From NCBI GenBank assembly GCA_035637175.1, contig DASPXS010000201.1, forward strand, positions 1 through 41,315: DNA of 41,315 nt, given 5' to 3'. The DNA is from Haliangiales bacterium. Lineage in GTDB: Bacteria; Verrucomicrobiota; Verrucomicrobiia; Limisphaerales; AV2. The notes beneath the pieces were generated by a model that saw only the letters and a list, made by a program, of their open reading frames with translations, was not told the DNA's origin and did not search any database. This document shows, one piece after another, positions 8,794-18,393 of this stretch. How positions within the stretch are numbered: position 1 is the stretch's first letter; every line of letters starts with the position of its first letter. Position numbers and translations under genes: made by a program.

Positions 8794-9702
8794 ATGGTAG
8801 AAAAAATTGGATTCGTCGGGGTGGGCCGGATGGGCGCGAACATGGCGCGTCGGCTGGAAGAGGTCGGCTACCCCGTAGTCGCAGTTTACGACGTGCGCGC
8901 AGACGTTGCGCGGTCGCTGGCGCACGAGTTGGGGTGCGAAGTCTGCCCGACACTCGCGCGCGTGACGGCGTTGTCGGATGTGGTCATCACCGTGGTGACG
9001 GATGACGGCGCGATGCGGAAAATCTACGCGGACAAAAAGGACAATCTGTTGAAAGGCGCCACGGGCAGGGTCTTCATCAACTGCGCGACCCTCACGCCCA
9101 AAGTGCACGTCGAGGTGGAGAAACTGGCAAAGAAAGCCGGCGCCGAATCGCTCGAAGCGTGCATGGCTTCGAGTATCACGCAGGCGCGGCAGGGCACGCT
9201 CTACCTGATGTGCGGCGGCGCGGAGGAAACCTTTAACAGGATGAAACCGATTCTGACGAAGCTGAGCAATGAAGGACAGCTCTTGCGCCACATCGGCAAG
9301 GCCGGCCAGGCTGCGAGTGTGAAGGCGCTCGTCAACATGGTCATGAACATAAACACCGCGGGCCTGGCGGAAGGTTTGGGACTGGGCGCGGCGTTGGGCC
9401 TCGACCTCAAGGTGCTGATGGAAGTCTTCTCCCAGACCGGCGCGAATTCCCGCGTGCTGCAGACCGACGGCGAGGATATGCAGAACCGGGAGCATTCGTG
9501 TTTCTTTTCCGCCGCCCATGCCGCCAAAGACTCCGGCATTGCCCTGAACCTGGCGAAGCAAAAGAAGCTCGACCTGCCACTGGCCGCGGCCACGTTCAAG
9601 CAATATTCGAAGATGGTGAAACTTGGACTCGGTGAACTCGACAAATCCGGCATCGCCGAGCTGACCTTCAAGGGTCGCAGCGGCAAAGGGCTGAAGAAGT
9701 AG
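8794..9702 (+). CDS. NAD(P)-dependent beta-hydroxyacid dehydrogenase (3-hydroxyisobutyrate / 6-phosphogluconate DH NAD-binding family)
   Basis: 302 aa. N-terminal Rossmann motif KIGFVGVGRMGANMARRL. The length and central/C-terminal helical domain are typical of the HIBADH family. Confidence 0.8.
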   Translation: MVEKIGFVGVGRMGANMARRLEEVGYPVVAVYDVRADVARSLAHELGCEVCPTLARVTALSDVVITVVTDDGAMRKIYADKKDNLLKGATGRVFINCATLTPKVHVEVEKLAKKAGAESLEACMASSITQARQGTLYLMCGGAEETFNRMKPILTKLSNEGQLLRHIGKAGQAASVKALVNMVMNINTAGLAEGLGLGAALGLDLKVLMEVFSQTGANSRVLQTDGEDMQNREHSCFFSAAHAAKDSGIALNLAKQKKLDLPLAAATFKQYSKMVKLGLGELDKSGIAELTFKGRSGKGLKK

Positions 9703-9872
9703 CGAGCTTCCTGCTCAGTGTGAGCGACTGGTGTCGCCGATGACAGCCACGGCGGTTTCCACATCTGGCCGCGCTGCCTGAGCCAGGACGAAAAAACCGC
9801 CGAATCGGCCGGCCAGGCCGAACCGGCCGATGGTATCGGCCGCGATGTGCCGCTGCCGCGGGTCGGCCAGGC

Positions 9873-12170
9873 ATGAACCCGATGTCATCTCACAAAATCC
9901 AGAAAGACCGGGGAGAGCGATGGAAAGCGGTTGTGCCGCTCGGCCTGGGCCGGGTCAAACCGAAACATTTCCGCGACATGGCCAAAGTGGCGTGGAAAAA
10001 CCGCGACAACCTCGGCTACGCCTGGAAAGTGTTGAGCCGCGGGGTTTGCGACGGATGCGCCCTGGGCGTCGCCGGTTTTCATGATTGGACCATCAAGGGC
10101 GTTCACCTTTGCATGACGCGATTGAATCTGCTTCGGCTGAACACCATGCCTGCATTGGAGGTGCGTTTGCTGGAGAACGTTTCCGAATTGGAATCGCTCG
10201 ACAACGCGCGCCTGCGCGAACTGGGCCGGCTGCCTTGTCCGCTGCGTCGCGAAAAGGGAGCCAAAGGCTTCGGTCGCATTTCCTGGGAGGAGGCGTATCA
10301 GCGGATCGCCGGGAAACTCCGCCAGACGGATCCAAAGCGTTGGGCCCTGTTCCTTACCTCGCGGGGACTCACCAACGAAGTCTATTACCTTGCGCAAAAA
10401 GCCGCCCGTTTTCTCGGGACGAACAACGTGGATAACGCTGCCCGCCTTTGCCACGCGCCCAGCACTGCGGCGATGAAACACGCCATTGGCGTCGCCGCGA
10501 CGACGTGCAGTTACCGCGACTGGTATGGAACCGACCTGGTCATTTTTTTTGGCGCGAATCCGGCCAACGACCAGCCGGTGACAACGAAGTATCTGCACGA
10601 AGCGAAAAAACTTGGCACCAAAGTGGTGCTCGTCAATCCGTATCTCGAACCGGGCATGAAACGTTATTGGGTCCCGTCCACGTTGAGCAGCGCGCTGTTC
10701 GGCACCGAGATCGCCGATTACTGGTTTCCCGTTTCGCAAGGCGGCGACATCGCCTTTCTGGCCGGCGTCCTGAAAATCCTGATTGCCAACGGCTGGGCGG
10801 ATGAACACTTCATCCGCGATCACACCGTCGGCTTCAACGAGCTGAAATCGCACCTCTCAAAAATCAATTTCGCGGAACTCGAAGCGCGGTCCGGCCTCGA
10901 CCGCGCGGCGATGCAGGAATTCGCCGAACTGATTCGCGACGCCCAAAATGCCGTGCTGGTCTGGAGCATGGGCATTACCCAACACGCCTTCGGCGGCGAC
11001 ACCGTTTCGATGATACTGAACCTGGGCCTGCTGCGCGGCTGGGTGGGACGCGACCGGTGCGGGCTGATGCCGATTCGCGGCCATTCGTCGGTGCAAGGCG
11101 GCGCCGAGATGGGCGCGTACGCGACCGCGTTTCCAGGCGGCAAACCCGTCAATCGGGAGAACGCGCAGAGGCTTTCCGATCAATACGGCTTTGCCGTGCC
11201 GGATTGGGTCGGTCTCACGGCGCCGGAAATGGTCGAAGCCTGCGCCCGCGGCCAACTCGACCTGTTCTACTGCCTGGGTGGAAACTTTGTGCGCACCCTG
11301 CCGGAGCCGGGATATGTCCGCCGCGCGCTGGCCAACGTGCCGATGCGCGTTCACCAGGACATCATCCTCACCGATCAGATGTTCATTGAAGCGAAGGAGG
11401 AAGTGATTCTGTTGCCGGCTAAAACACGTTACGAGCAGGACGACGGCGGCACCGAGACGAGCACGGAACGCCGCGTCATGTTCAGTCCGGAAATTCCACG
11501 CCAGGTGGGCGAAGCGCGCGCGGAATGGAGAATTCTGCGTGATCTGGCCGCCGCGGCCTGTCCCGACCGCGCGCACCTGCTCGACTGCGAATCCGGCTGG
11601 ACGTTGCGCGAGGAGATCGCCCGCATCATCCCTTTCTATGACGGCATCCAAAACCTAAAAAAAACGGGCGACGCCTTCCAATATGGCGGCCGGCATCTCT
11701 GCGGTGACGGGAACTTTCCGACGGCCGATGGCAAGGCCCATTTCCGCGCCGTGCCGCTGCCGGATTCGGGAGGGCCAGGGCCGACCCGCGCGTCGGCCCC
11801 GAATTTCGGGACATTGGGCACCGGCGACGCAATGCCTCCGGTCTTTTGGGTCTCCACCCGCCGCGGCAAACAGTTCAACTCGCTCGTCTATGCCGAGGTG
11901 GACCCGATCAACGGCGCAGCGCGTGACGCTGTTTTGATGAACGCCGACGACGCGGCGATGCTCCACCTGGTTCAGAACGACCGCGTGATTTTGAAAAACG
12001 ACGTGGGAATATTCGAAGGTCGCGTTTTTCTCGCGCCTATCGCGCGCGGGAATCTGCAAATTCACTGGCCGGAAGGCAACGTCATCATCCGCCGCGGTGT
12101 GGTGGATGCGGGCGGCGGCGCGCCGGACTACAACGCGCGCGTGAACCTGGAGAAACCGGAGAAAACTTGA
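9873..12170 (+). CDS. FdhF/YdeP-family molybdopterin oxidoreductase (formate-dehydrogenase-alpha-like)
   Basis: 765 aa. The YdeP-type N-terminus reads GLGRVKPKHFRDMAKVAWKNRDNLGYAWKVLSRGVCDGCALG. The active-site region NAARLCHAPS has Cys, not a TGA/Sec codon. A C-terminal molybdopterin dinucleotide-binding-like beta-barrel is present. Confidence 0.85.
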   Translation: MNPMSSHKIQKDRGERWKAVVPLGLGRVKPKHFRDMAKVAWKNRDNLGYAWKVLSRGVCDGCALGVAGFHDWTIKGVHLCMTRLNLLRLNTMPALEVRLLENVSELESLDNARLRELGRLPCPLRREKGAKGFGRISWEEAYQRIAGKLRQTDPKRWALFLTSRGLTNEVYYLAQKAARFLGTNNVDNAARLCHAPSTAAMKHAIGVAATTCSYRDWYGTDLVIFFGANPANDQPVTTKYLHEAKKLGTKVVLVNPYLEPGMKRYWVPSTLSSALFGTEIADYWFPVSQGGDIAFLAGVLKILIANGWADEHFIRDHTVGFNELKSHLSKINFAELEARSGLDRAAMQEFAELIRDAQNAVLVWSMGITQHAFGGDTVSMILNLGLLRGWVGRDRCGLMPIRGHSSVQGGAEMGAYATAFPGGKPVNRENAQRLSDQYGFAVPDWVGLTAPEMVEACARGQLDLFYCLGGNFVRTLPEPGYVRRALANVPMRVHQDIILTDQMFIEAKEEVILLPAKTRYEQDDGGTETSTERRVMFSPEIPRQVGEARAEWRILRDLAAAACPDRAHLLDCESGWTLREEIARIIPFYDGIQNLKKTGDAFQYGGRHLCGDGNFPTADGKAHFRAVPLPDSGGPGPTRASAPNFGTLGTGDAMPPVFWVSTRRGKQFNSLVYAEVDPINGAARDAVLMNADDAAMLHLVQNDRVILKNDVGIFEGRVFLAPIARGNLQIHWPEGNVIIRRGVVDAGGGAPDYNARVNLEKPEKT

Positions 12171-13009
12171 AAACACTTATGCCCGGCGGAACGGAACGCC
12201 AACAAGTCCTGCGCTGGAAAGGCGGGTCGCATCCGTTGCGCCAAAGCGATGACCTGGCCACGGAAGAGCCGTTGGAAATCCGGGTGGACACGCGTCCGGT
12301 GAGCGTCACGATGCGGACGCCAGGTCACGACGAGGAACTCGCGGCCGGCTTTCTGTTCACCGAAGGTCTGGTCCGTCGTCGGGAACAGATCCTGGCAATC
12401 AAACGTCACCCGCGGAACGGGCAAAACAACGTGCTGGACGTTTTCCTTTCGCCGGAGGTTAAGGTGGATTTCGCCCGGCTCACGCGACACGTCTTTGCTT
12501 CGTCCAGTTGTGGGCTGTGCGGCAAGGCAACCATCGAAGCGGTCCATCAGCGCTTCAAACCGGTGCGCGCCAAACTGGCGGTGGAGCCTGAGACGCTGCT
12601 TCGGCTGCCGGAACGGATGCGCCAACAACAGGAGGCGTTCGAGCGCACCGGCGGACTTCACGCCGCGGCGGTGTTTGACTGCCGGGGCAACCTGCTCGTC
12701 TTACGCGAAGACGTGGGCCGCCACAATGCGGTGGACAAGGCCATCGGCTGCGGTTTGCTCCGGAACAAACTGCCGTTCGATCAGCACCTGCTTATGGTCA
12801 GCGGGCGGGCGTCGTTTGAAATCGTGCAGAAGGCGTTGGCGGCCCGTATTCCGATCGTCTGCGCGGTCTCGGCGCCATCGAGCCTGGCCGTGGCATTCGC
12901 CCGCGACAGCGGACAGACGCTGATTGGCTTCCTGCGCGGCGACTCGTTCAATGTTTATTCGCACCCGAAACAAATTGGTAAGTCGCCGGGTCGAAAACCC
13001 GCAAACTGA
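12167..13009 (+). CDS. fdhD: formate dehydrogenase accessory sulfurtransferase FdhD
   Basis: 280 aa. Contains EEPLEIRV, the catalytic-loop SSCGLCGK and GRHNAVDK. Its TTG start overlaps the stop of the upstream oxidoreductase gene. An internal ATG four codons downstream is an alternative start. Confidence 0.88.
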   Translation: MKTLMPGGTERQQVLRWKGGSHPLRQSDDLATEEPLEIRVDTRPVSVTMRTPGHDEELAAGFLFTEGLVRRREQILAIKRHPRNGQNNVLDVFLSPEVKVDFARLTRHVFASSSCGLCGKATIEAVHQRFKPVRAKLAVEPETLLRLPERMRQQQEAFERTGGLHAAAVFDCRGNLLVLREDVGRHNAVDKAIGCGLLRNKLPFDQHLLMVSGRASFEIVQKALAARIPIVCAVSAPSSLAVAFARDSGQTLIGFLRGDSFNVYSHPKQIGKSPGRKPAN

Positions 13010-13092
13010 GCGGCTACATCGTCGCCGTGGCTGTCTCGGACTGCTCTCTCTGGAATCTTCGCGGGCCGCGCCAACTTCTCCTCGTCCTCCTC

Positions 13093-13142
13093 CTCGTCCT
13101 CGTCCTCGAAGAAACAGTTCAAACGACGAGAACGAGGACGAG
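13093..13142. terminator. hairpin between convergent fdhD and thioesterase genes
   Basis: CTCGTCCTCGTCCTCG, then 15 nt, then CGACGAGAACGAGGACGAG. The stem is ~16 bp with one mismatch, built from GAC/GAG-type triplets. Confidence 0.45.
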
Positions 13143-13169
13143 AACGATCGCATTCCCCCTTGCCTGCGG

Positions 13170-13589
13170 CTACGCCGCGCTGCGCCGGTAGAGGGCCAGC
13201 CGATCGGTCAATTCCTCCGGAAGACGTTTTAGTTTTTCAGTCAGCGTCGTGCAGACGTGGACGGTGGCGCCTTGGAGAACCAATTTGCCGGCCGGATTGA
13301 TGATGCGACAGCCGAAGTGAAGTCGCACACGATCGAAGCCGGTCAGCCAAAGGTCGATGCGCAAGACATCGTCGTAACGGGCGGGTGATTTGTATTTGAG
13401 GTGAGACTCCACCACGGGAAACGCCGTGTCTTCCTCCTGCAACTTCAGCAGCGGAACGCCCAGGGAGCGAAAGAATTCGCCCCTCGCCTCTTCCAGGATG
13501 TCGAGGTAGCGGGCGTAGTAAACGTGGTTGCCCATGGTGCATTCGGCGTAGGTCACACGGTGGGAGTGGCGAAAAATGTTGCCGGACAT
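13170..13589 (-). CDS. acyl-CoA thioesterase, 4HBT/YbgC-like hotdog fold
   Basis: 139 aa. HRVTYAECTMGNHVYYARYLDILEEARGEFFRSLG matches the YbgC/4HBT N-terminal pattern (V.Y.DTD..G.V....Y). The size is right for a single hotdog domain. Confidence 0.75.
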   Translation of the reverse strand: MSGNIFRHSHRVTYAECTMGNHVYYARYLDILEEARGEFFRSLGVPLLKLQEEDTAFPVVESHLKYKSPARYDDVLRIDLWLTGFDRVRLHFGCRIINPAGKLVLQGATVHVCTTLTEKLKRLPEELTDRLALYRRSAA

Positions 13590-13689
13590 GCCGCCAGCTT
13601 AACCGGGCCGCGGACGCGGGGCGAGCCCGAATCCCCCGGCGCTACATAATCTTTGTTGCTAACCTTCTCGATTGGACTATCTTGCCGGG

Positions 13690-13896
13690 ATGGATTGGCA
13701 GCAGATTGTCTCGCTTTGCGTTGTCGGTACGACCGTCGGGATTTTCCTTTGGGCGCGGTGGCGCCGGCGCAAGTTCAGGTTTGAACGAGACACGCATTGC
13801 GGTTGCTCTTCACCCGGCCAGTCCGCCCCGCACAGCTCGATTGTTTTTCACGCGCGCAAAGGCGAGCCCCGGCAGATCATCGTCAAATCAGGGTGA
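13690..13896 (+). CDS. small single-pass membrane protein with a Cys motif (resembles FeoB-associated Cys-rich membrane proteins)
   Basis: MDWQQIVSLCVVGTTVGIFLWARWRRRKFRF...HCGC. A TM helix is followed by a basic stretch and then a CGC motif. I prefer the ATG at 13690 over the TTG at 13672. Function is not established. Confidence 0.4.
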   Translation: MDWQQIVSLCVVGTTVGIFLWARWRRRKFRFERDTHCGCSSPGQSAPHSSIVFHARKGEPRQIIVKSG

Positions 13897-13943
13897 TCTC
13901 CGCCTTGCGTTACTGCCATTGTTGATATATTTTCGTTTTGATC

Positions 13944-14363
13944 ATGGCCCTGAACAAAGTATCTACTTCCCTCCATTTTGTTAAACGACCACAGAGCAGC
14001 GGTCTGGATTCCTCCGAAAGCTATTGGGTCCCCAACACGGATGTCTATGTGAGGGACGGCGGTCTGGTGATCAAAGTCGAACTGGCCGGCATGCGCAAAG
14101 AGGACCTGGAATTGAGCTGGGAGGGCAATCGGCTGAAGATCAGCGGGCATCGGCCCGATGGTTGTCGGGCTCCCAAGTGCACTTTTCTGGTGATGGAAAT
14201 CAACTACGGCGGGTTTGAGAGCGTGATTGAACTGCCGCCCGGCTATGATTTGGGCCAGGCCAAAGCCGCCTATCAAAACGGATTTTTGCGCATCGACGTG
14301 CCCGAACAGACCAAGACTATCGAAAAAGCGATTTCAGTTTCCATTCCTTCCGGCGAGCGCTAA
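13944..14363 (+). CDS. Hsp20/alpha-crystallin small heat-shock protein
   Basis: WVPNTDVYVRDGGLVIKVELAGMRKEDLELSWEGNRLKISGHR...GGFESVIELPPGYD...AAYQNGFLRIDVP is a canonical ACD. I prefer the ATG at 13944; the track uses the TTG at 13938. Confidence 0.88.
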   Translation: MALNKVSTSLHFVKRPQSSGLDSSESYWVPNTDVYVRDGGLVIKVELAGMRKEDLELSWEGNRLKISGHRPDGCRAPKCTFLVMEINYGGFESVIELPPGYDLGQAKAAYQNGFLRIDVPEQTKTIEKAISVSIPSGER

Positions 14364-14419
14364 TCTTTTGCTGAACTTTTTGGCCGTCTCCGGCATCTAA
14401 CAATGAGAGCGGCAGCAAA

Positions 14420-16819
14420 ATGACCTCACCGGAAACTGAATTCATCAGCATTCTTGGCGTTCCCAGCGGCTCGGACACCGTGATCACCCGCTCGGGCGGC
14501 AAGTCGCTGCCGGAGGTTTTGCCCATCCTCGGCCTGTCCGATATTGTGATCTTTCCCGGCATGGTGGCGCCGTTGCTGGTGGACTCGGCGGCGAGCATCC
14601 GGCTGATCGACGACGTGGTGGCGGGCGACCGTTTCATCGGTCTGGTGCTGCAGAAAAAGGCGGACGTGGAAAATCCCACTCCGGTTGACCTGTGGAACCA
14701 GGGCTGCGCGGTGCGCGTGTTGAAGATGTTGAAATTTCCGGACAACACCGTGCGGGTGCTGGTCGAAGGCTTGCGCCGATTCCGCATCGCGCATTATGAA
14801 TCACACGAGCCGTACCTGCGCGCAAAGATCGAAGTCATCCGCGACGTGGTCGAACCCTCGCTGGAACTGACGGCGATGACGCGCAACGCGCAGCGGCAAT
14901 TTCAGGAAATCATCGATCTGTCGCCCGCGATGTCCGACGAAGTGAAAGTCGCCGCCCTCAATACCGAGCACCCGGGCAAGCTGGCCGACCTCATCGCCGC
15001 CAACCTGAATCTGAGTCTGGAGGAGCGGCAGCAATTACTCGAAATGAACCTGGTCAGGGAACGGCTCTCCCGCTTGCTGCCGCTGCTGAGCCGCGAGTTG
15101 GAGGTCCTGACCCTCGGTTCGAAAATCCAGAAGGAAGTCGCTTCCTCGATGAGCAAGAGCCAGCGCGACTTCTTCCTGCGCGAACAAATCCGCGCGATCC
15201 AGCGCGAACTCGGGGAGTCGGATCCGGCGACCGGCGAGATCAATGCCCTCCGGGAACAGATCGAGAACGACCACCTTCCCGAAGAGACGAAAAGAATCGC
15301 CTTGAAGGAGCTGGAACGATTGCAACAAATACCGCCGACGACACCCGAATACACCGTCTCACGCAATTATCTCGATTGGATCGTCAACCTGCCCTGGTCG
15401 AAAGGGACGGAGGACAAAATTGACCTGGGCGCCGCCGCCCGCATTCTCGACGAGCAGCACTACGGCCTGAGCAAAGTGAAGGACCGTCTCCTGGAGTTTC
15501 TGGCCGTCATCAAGCTGAAGAACCGATTGAAAGGCCCGATCCTCTGTCTGGTCGGCCCGCCGGGCGTCGGCAAGACCTCCCTCGGCCGGAGCGTGGCCGA
15601 CGCGCTGGGGCGGAAGTTTGCGCGCATTTCGCTGGGCGGCATGCGTGACGAGGCGGAGATTCGCGGCCACCGACGCACTTATGTGGGCGCGTTGCCGGGA
15701 CGGATCATCCAGAGCCTGCGGCGGGTGGAGAGCAACAACCCGGTCATTTTGCTCGATGAAATTGACAAGGTCGGCTCGGATTTTCGCGGCGATCCGGCGG
15801 CCGCATTGCTTGAAGTCCTCGATCCGCAGCAGAACTATACTTTCACCGACAACTACCTCGACATGGCTTTTGACCTGTCGCATGTCCTGTTCATCACCAC
15901 CGCCAATTGGCTCGACCCGATTCATCCCGCGTTGCGCGACCGGCTGGAAGTGATCGAACTGCCCAGCTACACGGCCACCGAGAAATTGCAGATCGCCAAA
16001 CGGTATCTGGTGCCACGCCAGTTGGACGAGCACGGACTCAAAGGGAAACTGGTCAGATTGCCTGACGCGACCCTCAAACGCCTGATCCTGGACTACACCC
16101 GTGAAGCCGGGGTGAGACAGTTGGAACGCGAGATCGCCGCACTGACCCGCAAAGCGGCGCGCAAGATCGTCAGCCGCCACGGCTTGCTTCGTCCTTTGAC
16201 GATCAGCGCGGGCGAGTTGGCGGACTACCTCGGCCCGGCGAGATTTGAGACGGAGATGGCCGAGGTGATCACGGAATCCGGCGTCGCCACCGGGCTGGCC
16301 TGGACACCGGTGGGCGGCGATATCCTGTTTATCGAGGCCACCCGCATGCCAGGCAGCGGTAAATTGATGCTGACCGGTTCCCTCGGCGAAGTAATGAAGG
16401 AAAGCGCACACACGGCGCTGACCTATTTGCGCAGCCAGTCCACGGCGTTGAAACTGGATTTTACCGAGTTCGACAAGCAGGACATTCACATCCACGTGCC
16501 TGCCGGCGCCACGCCCAAGGACGGTCCCAGCGCCGGCGTCACGATCGTCGCGGCGCTGGCGTCATTGCTTTCGCAGCGACCGGTCCGTTCCGATGTGGCC
16601 ATGACGGGCGAAATCAGTTTGCGCGGCCGCGTGCTGCCCGTCGGCGGCGTCAAGGAAAAGGTGCTCGCCGCCAATCGCGCCGGCCTTAAGCACGTCATCC
16701 TGCCCGAACAGAACCGCAAGGACTGGGTCGATGTCCCGGCGGAAGTCCGCCAGAAGATCAAGGCGCATTTCGTTCGTCAGATTTCCCAGGTCTTGCCGCT
16801 GGCCTTGCGCCCCAAATGA
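14420..16819 (+). CDS. lon: ATP-dependent Lon protease (LonA)
   Basis: 799 aa. Has an N-terminal LON substrate-binding domain. Walker A is GPPGVGKTSLGRS, Walker B is ILLDEIDK, and the protease catalytic Ser lies in PKDGPSAGVT. Confidence 0.97.
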   Translation: MTSPETEFISILGVPSGSDTVITRSGGKSLPEVLPILGLSDIVIFPGMVAPLLVDSAASIRLIDDVVAGDRFIGLVLQKKADVENPTPVDLWNQGCAVRVLKMLKFPDNTVRVLVEGLRRFRIAHYESHEPYLRAKIEVIRDVVEPSLELTAMTRNAQRQFQEIIDLSPAMSDEVKVAALNTEHPGKLADLIAANLNLSLEERQQLLEMNLVRERLSRLLPLLSRELEVLTLGSKIQKEVASSMSKSQRDFFLREQIRAIQRELGESDPATGEINALREQIENDHLPEETKRIALKELERLQQIPPTTPEYTVSRNYLDWIVNLPWSKGTEDKIDLGAAARILDEQHYGLSKVKDRLLEFLAVIKLKNRLKGPILCLVGPPGVGKTSLGRSVADALGRKFARISLGGMRDEAEIRGHRRTYVGALPGRIIQSLRRVESNNPVILLDEIDKVGSDFRGDPAAALLEVLDPQQNYTFTDNYLDMAFDLSHVLFITTANWLDPIHPALRDRLEVIELPSYTATEKLQIAKRYLVPRQLDEHGLKGKLVRLPDATLKRLILDYTREAGVRQLEREIAALTRKAARKIVSRHGLLRPLTISAGELADYLGPARFETEMAEVITESGVATGLAWTPVGGDILFIEATRMPGSGKLMLTGSLGEVMKESAHTALTYLRSQSTALKLDFTEFDKQDIHIHVPAGATPKDGPSAGVTIVAALASLLSQRPVRSDVAMTGEISLRGRVLPVGGVKEKVLAANRAGLKHVILPEQNRKDWVDVPAEVRQKIKAHFVRQISQVLPLALRPK

Positions 16820-17586
16820 CCGTTCGGCCGATACTCTTTGTCTTCGCGTTTCTGGGAACTCACCTGCCGCAGGCCGCGGGCAACCCTCGTCCCGCGTCCA
16901 ACGCCCAAGGCCAGGCGCTGGCGGCGGAACTCCGACTGGCGCGACCCACGGAGAACCTGGAAGTCAAGGGCCTGTTGAAGATTCGCGATGCCGACGGCAA
17001 ACGCAGCAAGGTTCCTTTTCACTACCGTTTTATCAACGGCGAAAAGGGCTGGGAAAACATTTACGAAACCGAAGCCGGCGGCCAGGCCCCGTCGGAAAGA
17101 CTGGTCGTATTACATCAGGAAGATCGACCGAATCGTTACCTGCATTCCCGGCCGGGCAACACCCATAACCCGCCGGCGGATGCGGCCCCGCTCAGCGGCG
17201 ACAAAGCGATGATTCCCTTCGCCAAATCAGATTTTTGGCTGGCTGACCTTGGCCTGGAGTTTCTGCATTGGCCGGAACAACGCCTCGTCGAAGACGCCAG
17301 AATTAAAATGCGCAAGGGCCGCCCGTGCAAAGTGCTGGAAAGCATCAACCCGCGGCCCGACGCGGCCGGCTATACGCGCGTTCGTTCCTGGATTGACGCG
17401 GAGAAGAGGCAACCCATCCTCGCCGAGGCCTACGGTCCGGACAACAAGCTGATCAAAGAGTTCGAAATCGGGAGCGTGACGAAAGTGAACGGTCAGTGGG
17501 AACTGAAGAACATGGAAATGCGCAACACCAGAGCGGATTCGCAGACTGTTCTCGAGTTCAAGTACGACCAAAAAGCTGCGGAGTAG
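16816..17586 (+). CDS. outer-membrane lipoprotein-sorting (LolA-like) family protein
   Basis: 256 aa with a signal peptide (ILFVFAFLGTHLPQAAG). F.KSDFWLADLG and a C-terminal ...VNGQWELKNMEMRN... resemble the LolA_like family. Its ATG overlaps the lon stop (ATGA). Confidence 0.55.
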   Translation: MTVRPILFVFAFLGTHLPQAAGNPRPASNAQGQALAAELRLARPTENLEVKGLLKIRDADGKRSKVPFHYRFINGEKGWENIYETEAGGQAPSERLVVLHQEDRPNRYLHSRPGNTHNPPADAAPLSGDKAMIPFAKSDFWLADLGLEFLHWPEQRLVEDARIKMRKGRPCKVLESINPRPDAAGYTRVRSWIDAEKRQPILAEAYGPDNKLIKEFEIGSVTKVNGQWELKNMEMRNTRADSQTVLEFKYDQKAAE

Positions 17587-17587
17587 C

Positions 17588-17685
17588 GGAGAGTTGGAGT
17601 GTTGGGGAAAATCGCCTTGAAGACGAACTCGCCGCGCCAATACTCCATCGCTCCACCACTCCAACACTCCGTTACTCCCCACTCC
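17588..17685. repeat. CTCCAAYACTCC / GGAGTRTTGGAG inverted-repeat element, copy 2
   Basis: GGAGAGTTGGAGTGTTGGGG, then ~30 nt, then CCAATACTCCATCGCTCCACCACTCCAACACTCCGTTACTCCCCACTCC. It starts 2 nt after the stop of the upstream gene. Confidence 0.7.
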
Positions 17686-17741
17686 CCTCCCCTTCCCTCT
17701 TCCCGGCGTGACTTTTGCGCCAAAGTCTTGTCCAATCGGCG

Positions 17742-18389
17742 ATGGCAACTTTTGTGTCAATGGCCGAGCCTGCACAAACCGGATCCTCATCTGTTTCTGA
17801 GGAGGCGAACCGCGCCAAGGCGGACGCCGCGGCAACGACCGCCCCGGGCGGGCCTTTTTCCATCGGCGATCGACCGAAGTGGGCCGTGCCCGAATTCGGC
17901 GCGATTTACGAGGAGCACTCCCGCCCGGTTTATTACCTCGCGCTGCGTTTTCTCGGCGATCCCGCACAAGCCGAGGACGCGACTCACGACGTCTTCTTGA
18001 AGGCCTATCGCAAACTCGGTGAATTTCGCGGTGACTCGGCAATGCGCACCTGGCTTTACCGCATCACGATCAATCACTGCAAAAATCTTTTGCAGACCTG
18101 GCACCATCGGCACATGGTCAACAACGCCGACGAGAGCCTCTGGGAAAGCGCCCCGGCCAGCGCGGAGAATCCCTTGCGGGTGCTGGAAATCAAGGAACTC
18201 GGCCAACGCATCCAGAAAACTCTCGATGTTCTGCCGGAAGAATACCGGCTTTTACTGCTGCTGGTCGCGGATCAACAGATGAGCTACAACGAAATCGCCG
18301 CGTTGACCGGGCAGAGCCCGGACGCCGTTCGCGGCAAATTGCACCGCGCCCGCAAGGCTTTCATCGCCCAGTTCCAGAAATCTGCCTGA
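17742..18389 (+). CDS. ECF-type RNA polymerase sigma-70 factor
   Basis: Region 2 reads YYLALRFLGDPAQAEDATHDVFLKAYRKLGEFRGDSAMRTWLYRITINHCKN. Region 4 reads LPEEYRLLLLLVADQQMSYNEIAALTGQSPDAVRGKLHRARKAF. The start is uncertain: TTG 17715, ATG 17742 or ATG 17760. Confidence 0.88.
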   Translation: MATFVSMAEPAQTGSSSVSEEANRAKADAAATTAPGGPFSIGDRPKWAVPEFGAIYEEHSRPVYYLALRFLGDPAQAEDATHDVFLKAYRKLGEFRGDSAMRTWLYRITINHCKNLLQTWHHRHMVNNADESLWESAPASAENPLRVLEIKELGQRIQKTLDVLPEEYRLLLLLVADQQMSYNEIAALTGQSPDAVRGKLHRARKAFIAQFQKSA

Positions 18390-18393
18390 ACCT

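Noticed and set aside
9703-9872. Possible Moco riboswitch upstream of the molybdoenzyme gene
   Set aside because: Only a short hairpin is present (CGGCCGA-tggta-TCGGCCG, 9824-9842). I could not recognise any of the conserved Moco-motif segments.
10440-10460. Selenocysteine recoding in the FdhF/YdeP-type oxidoreductase
   Set aside because: The active-site position is encoded by a Cys codon (..RLCHAPS..). The frame has no in-frame TGA.
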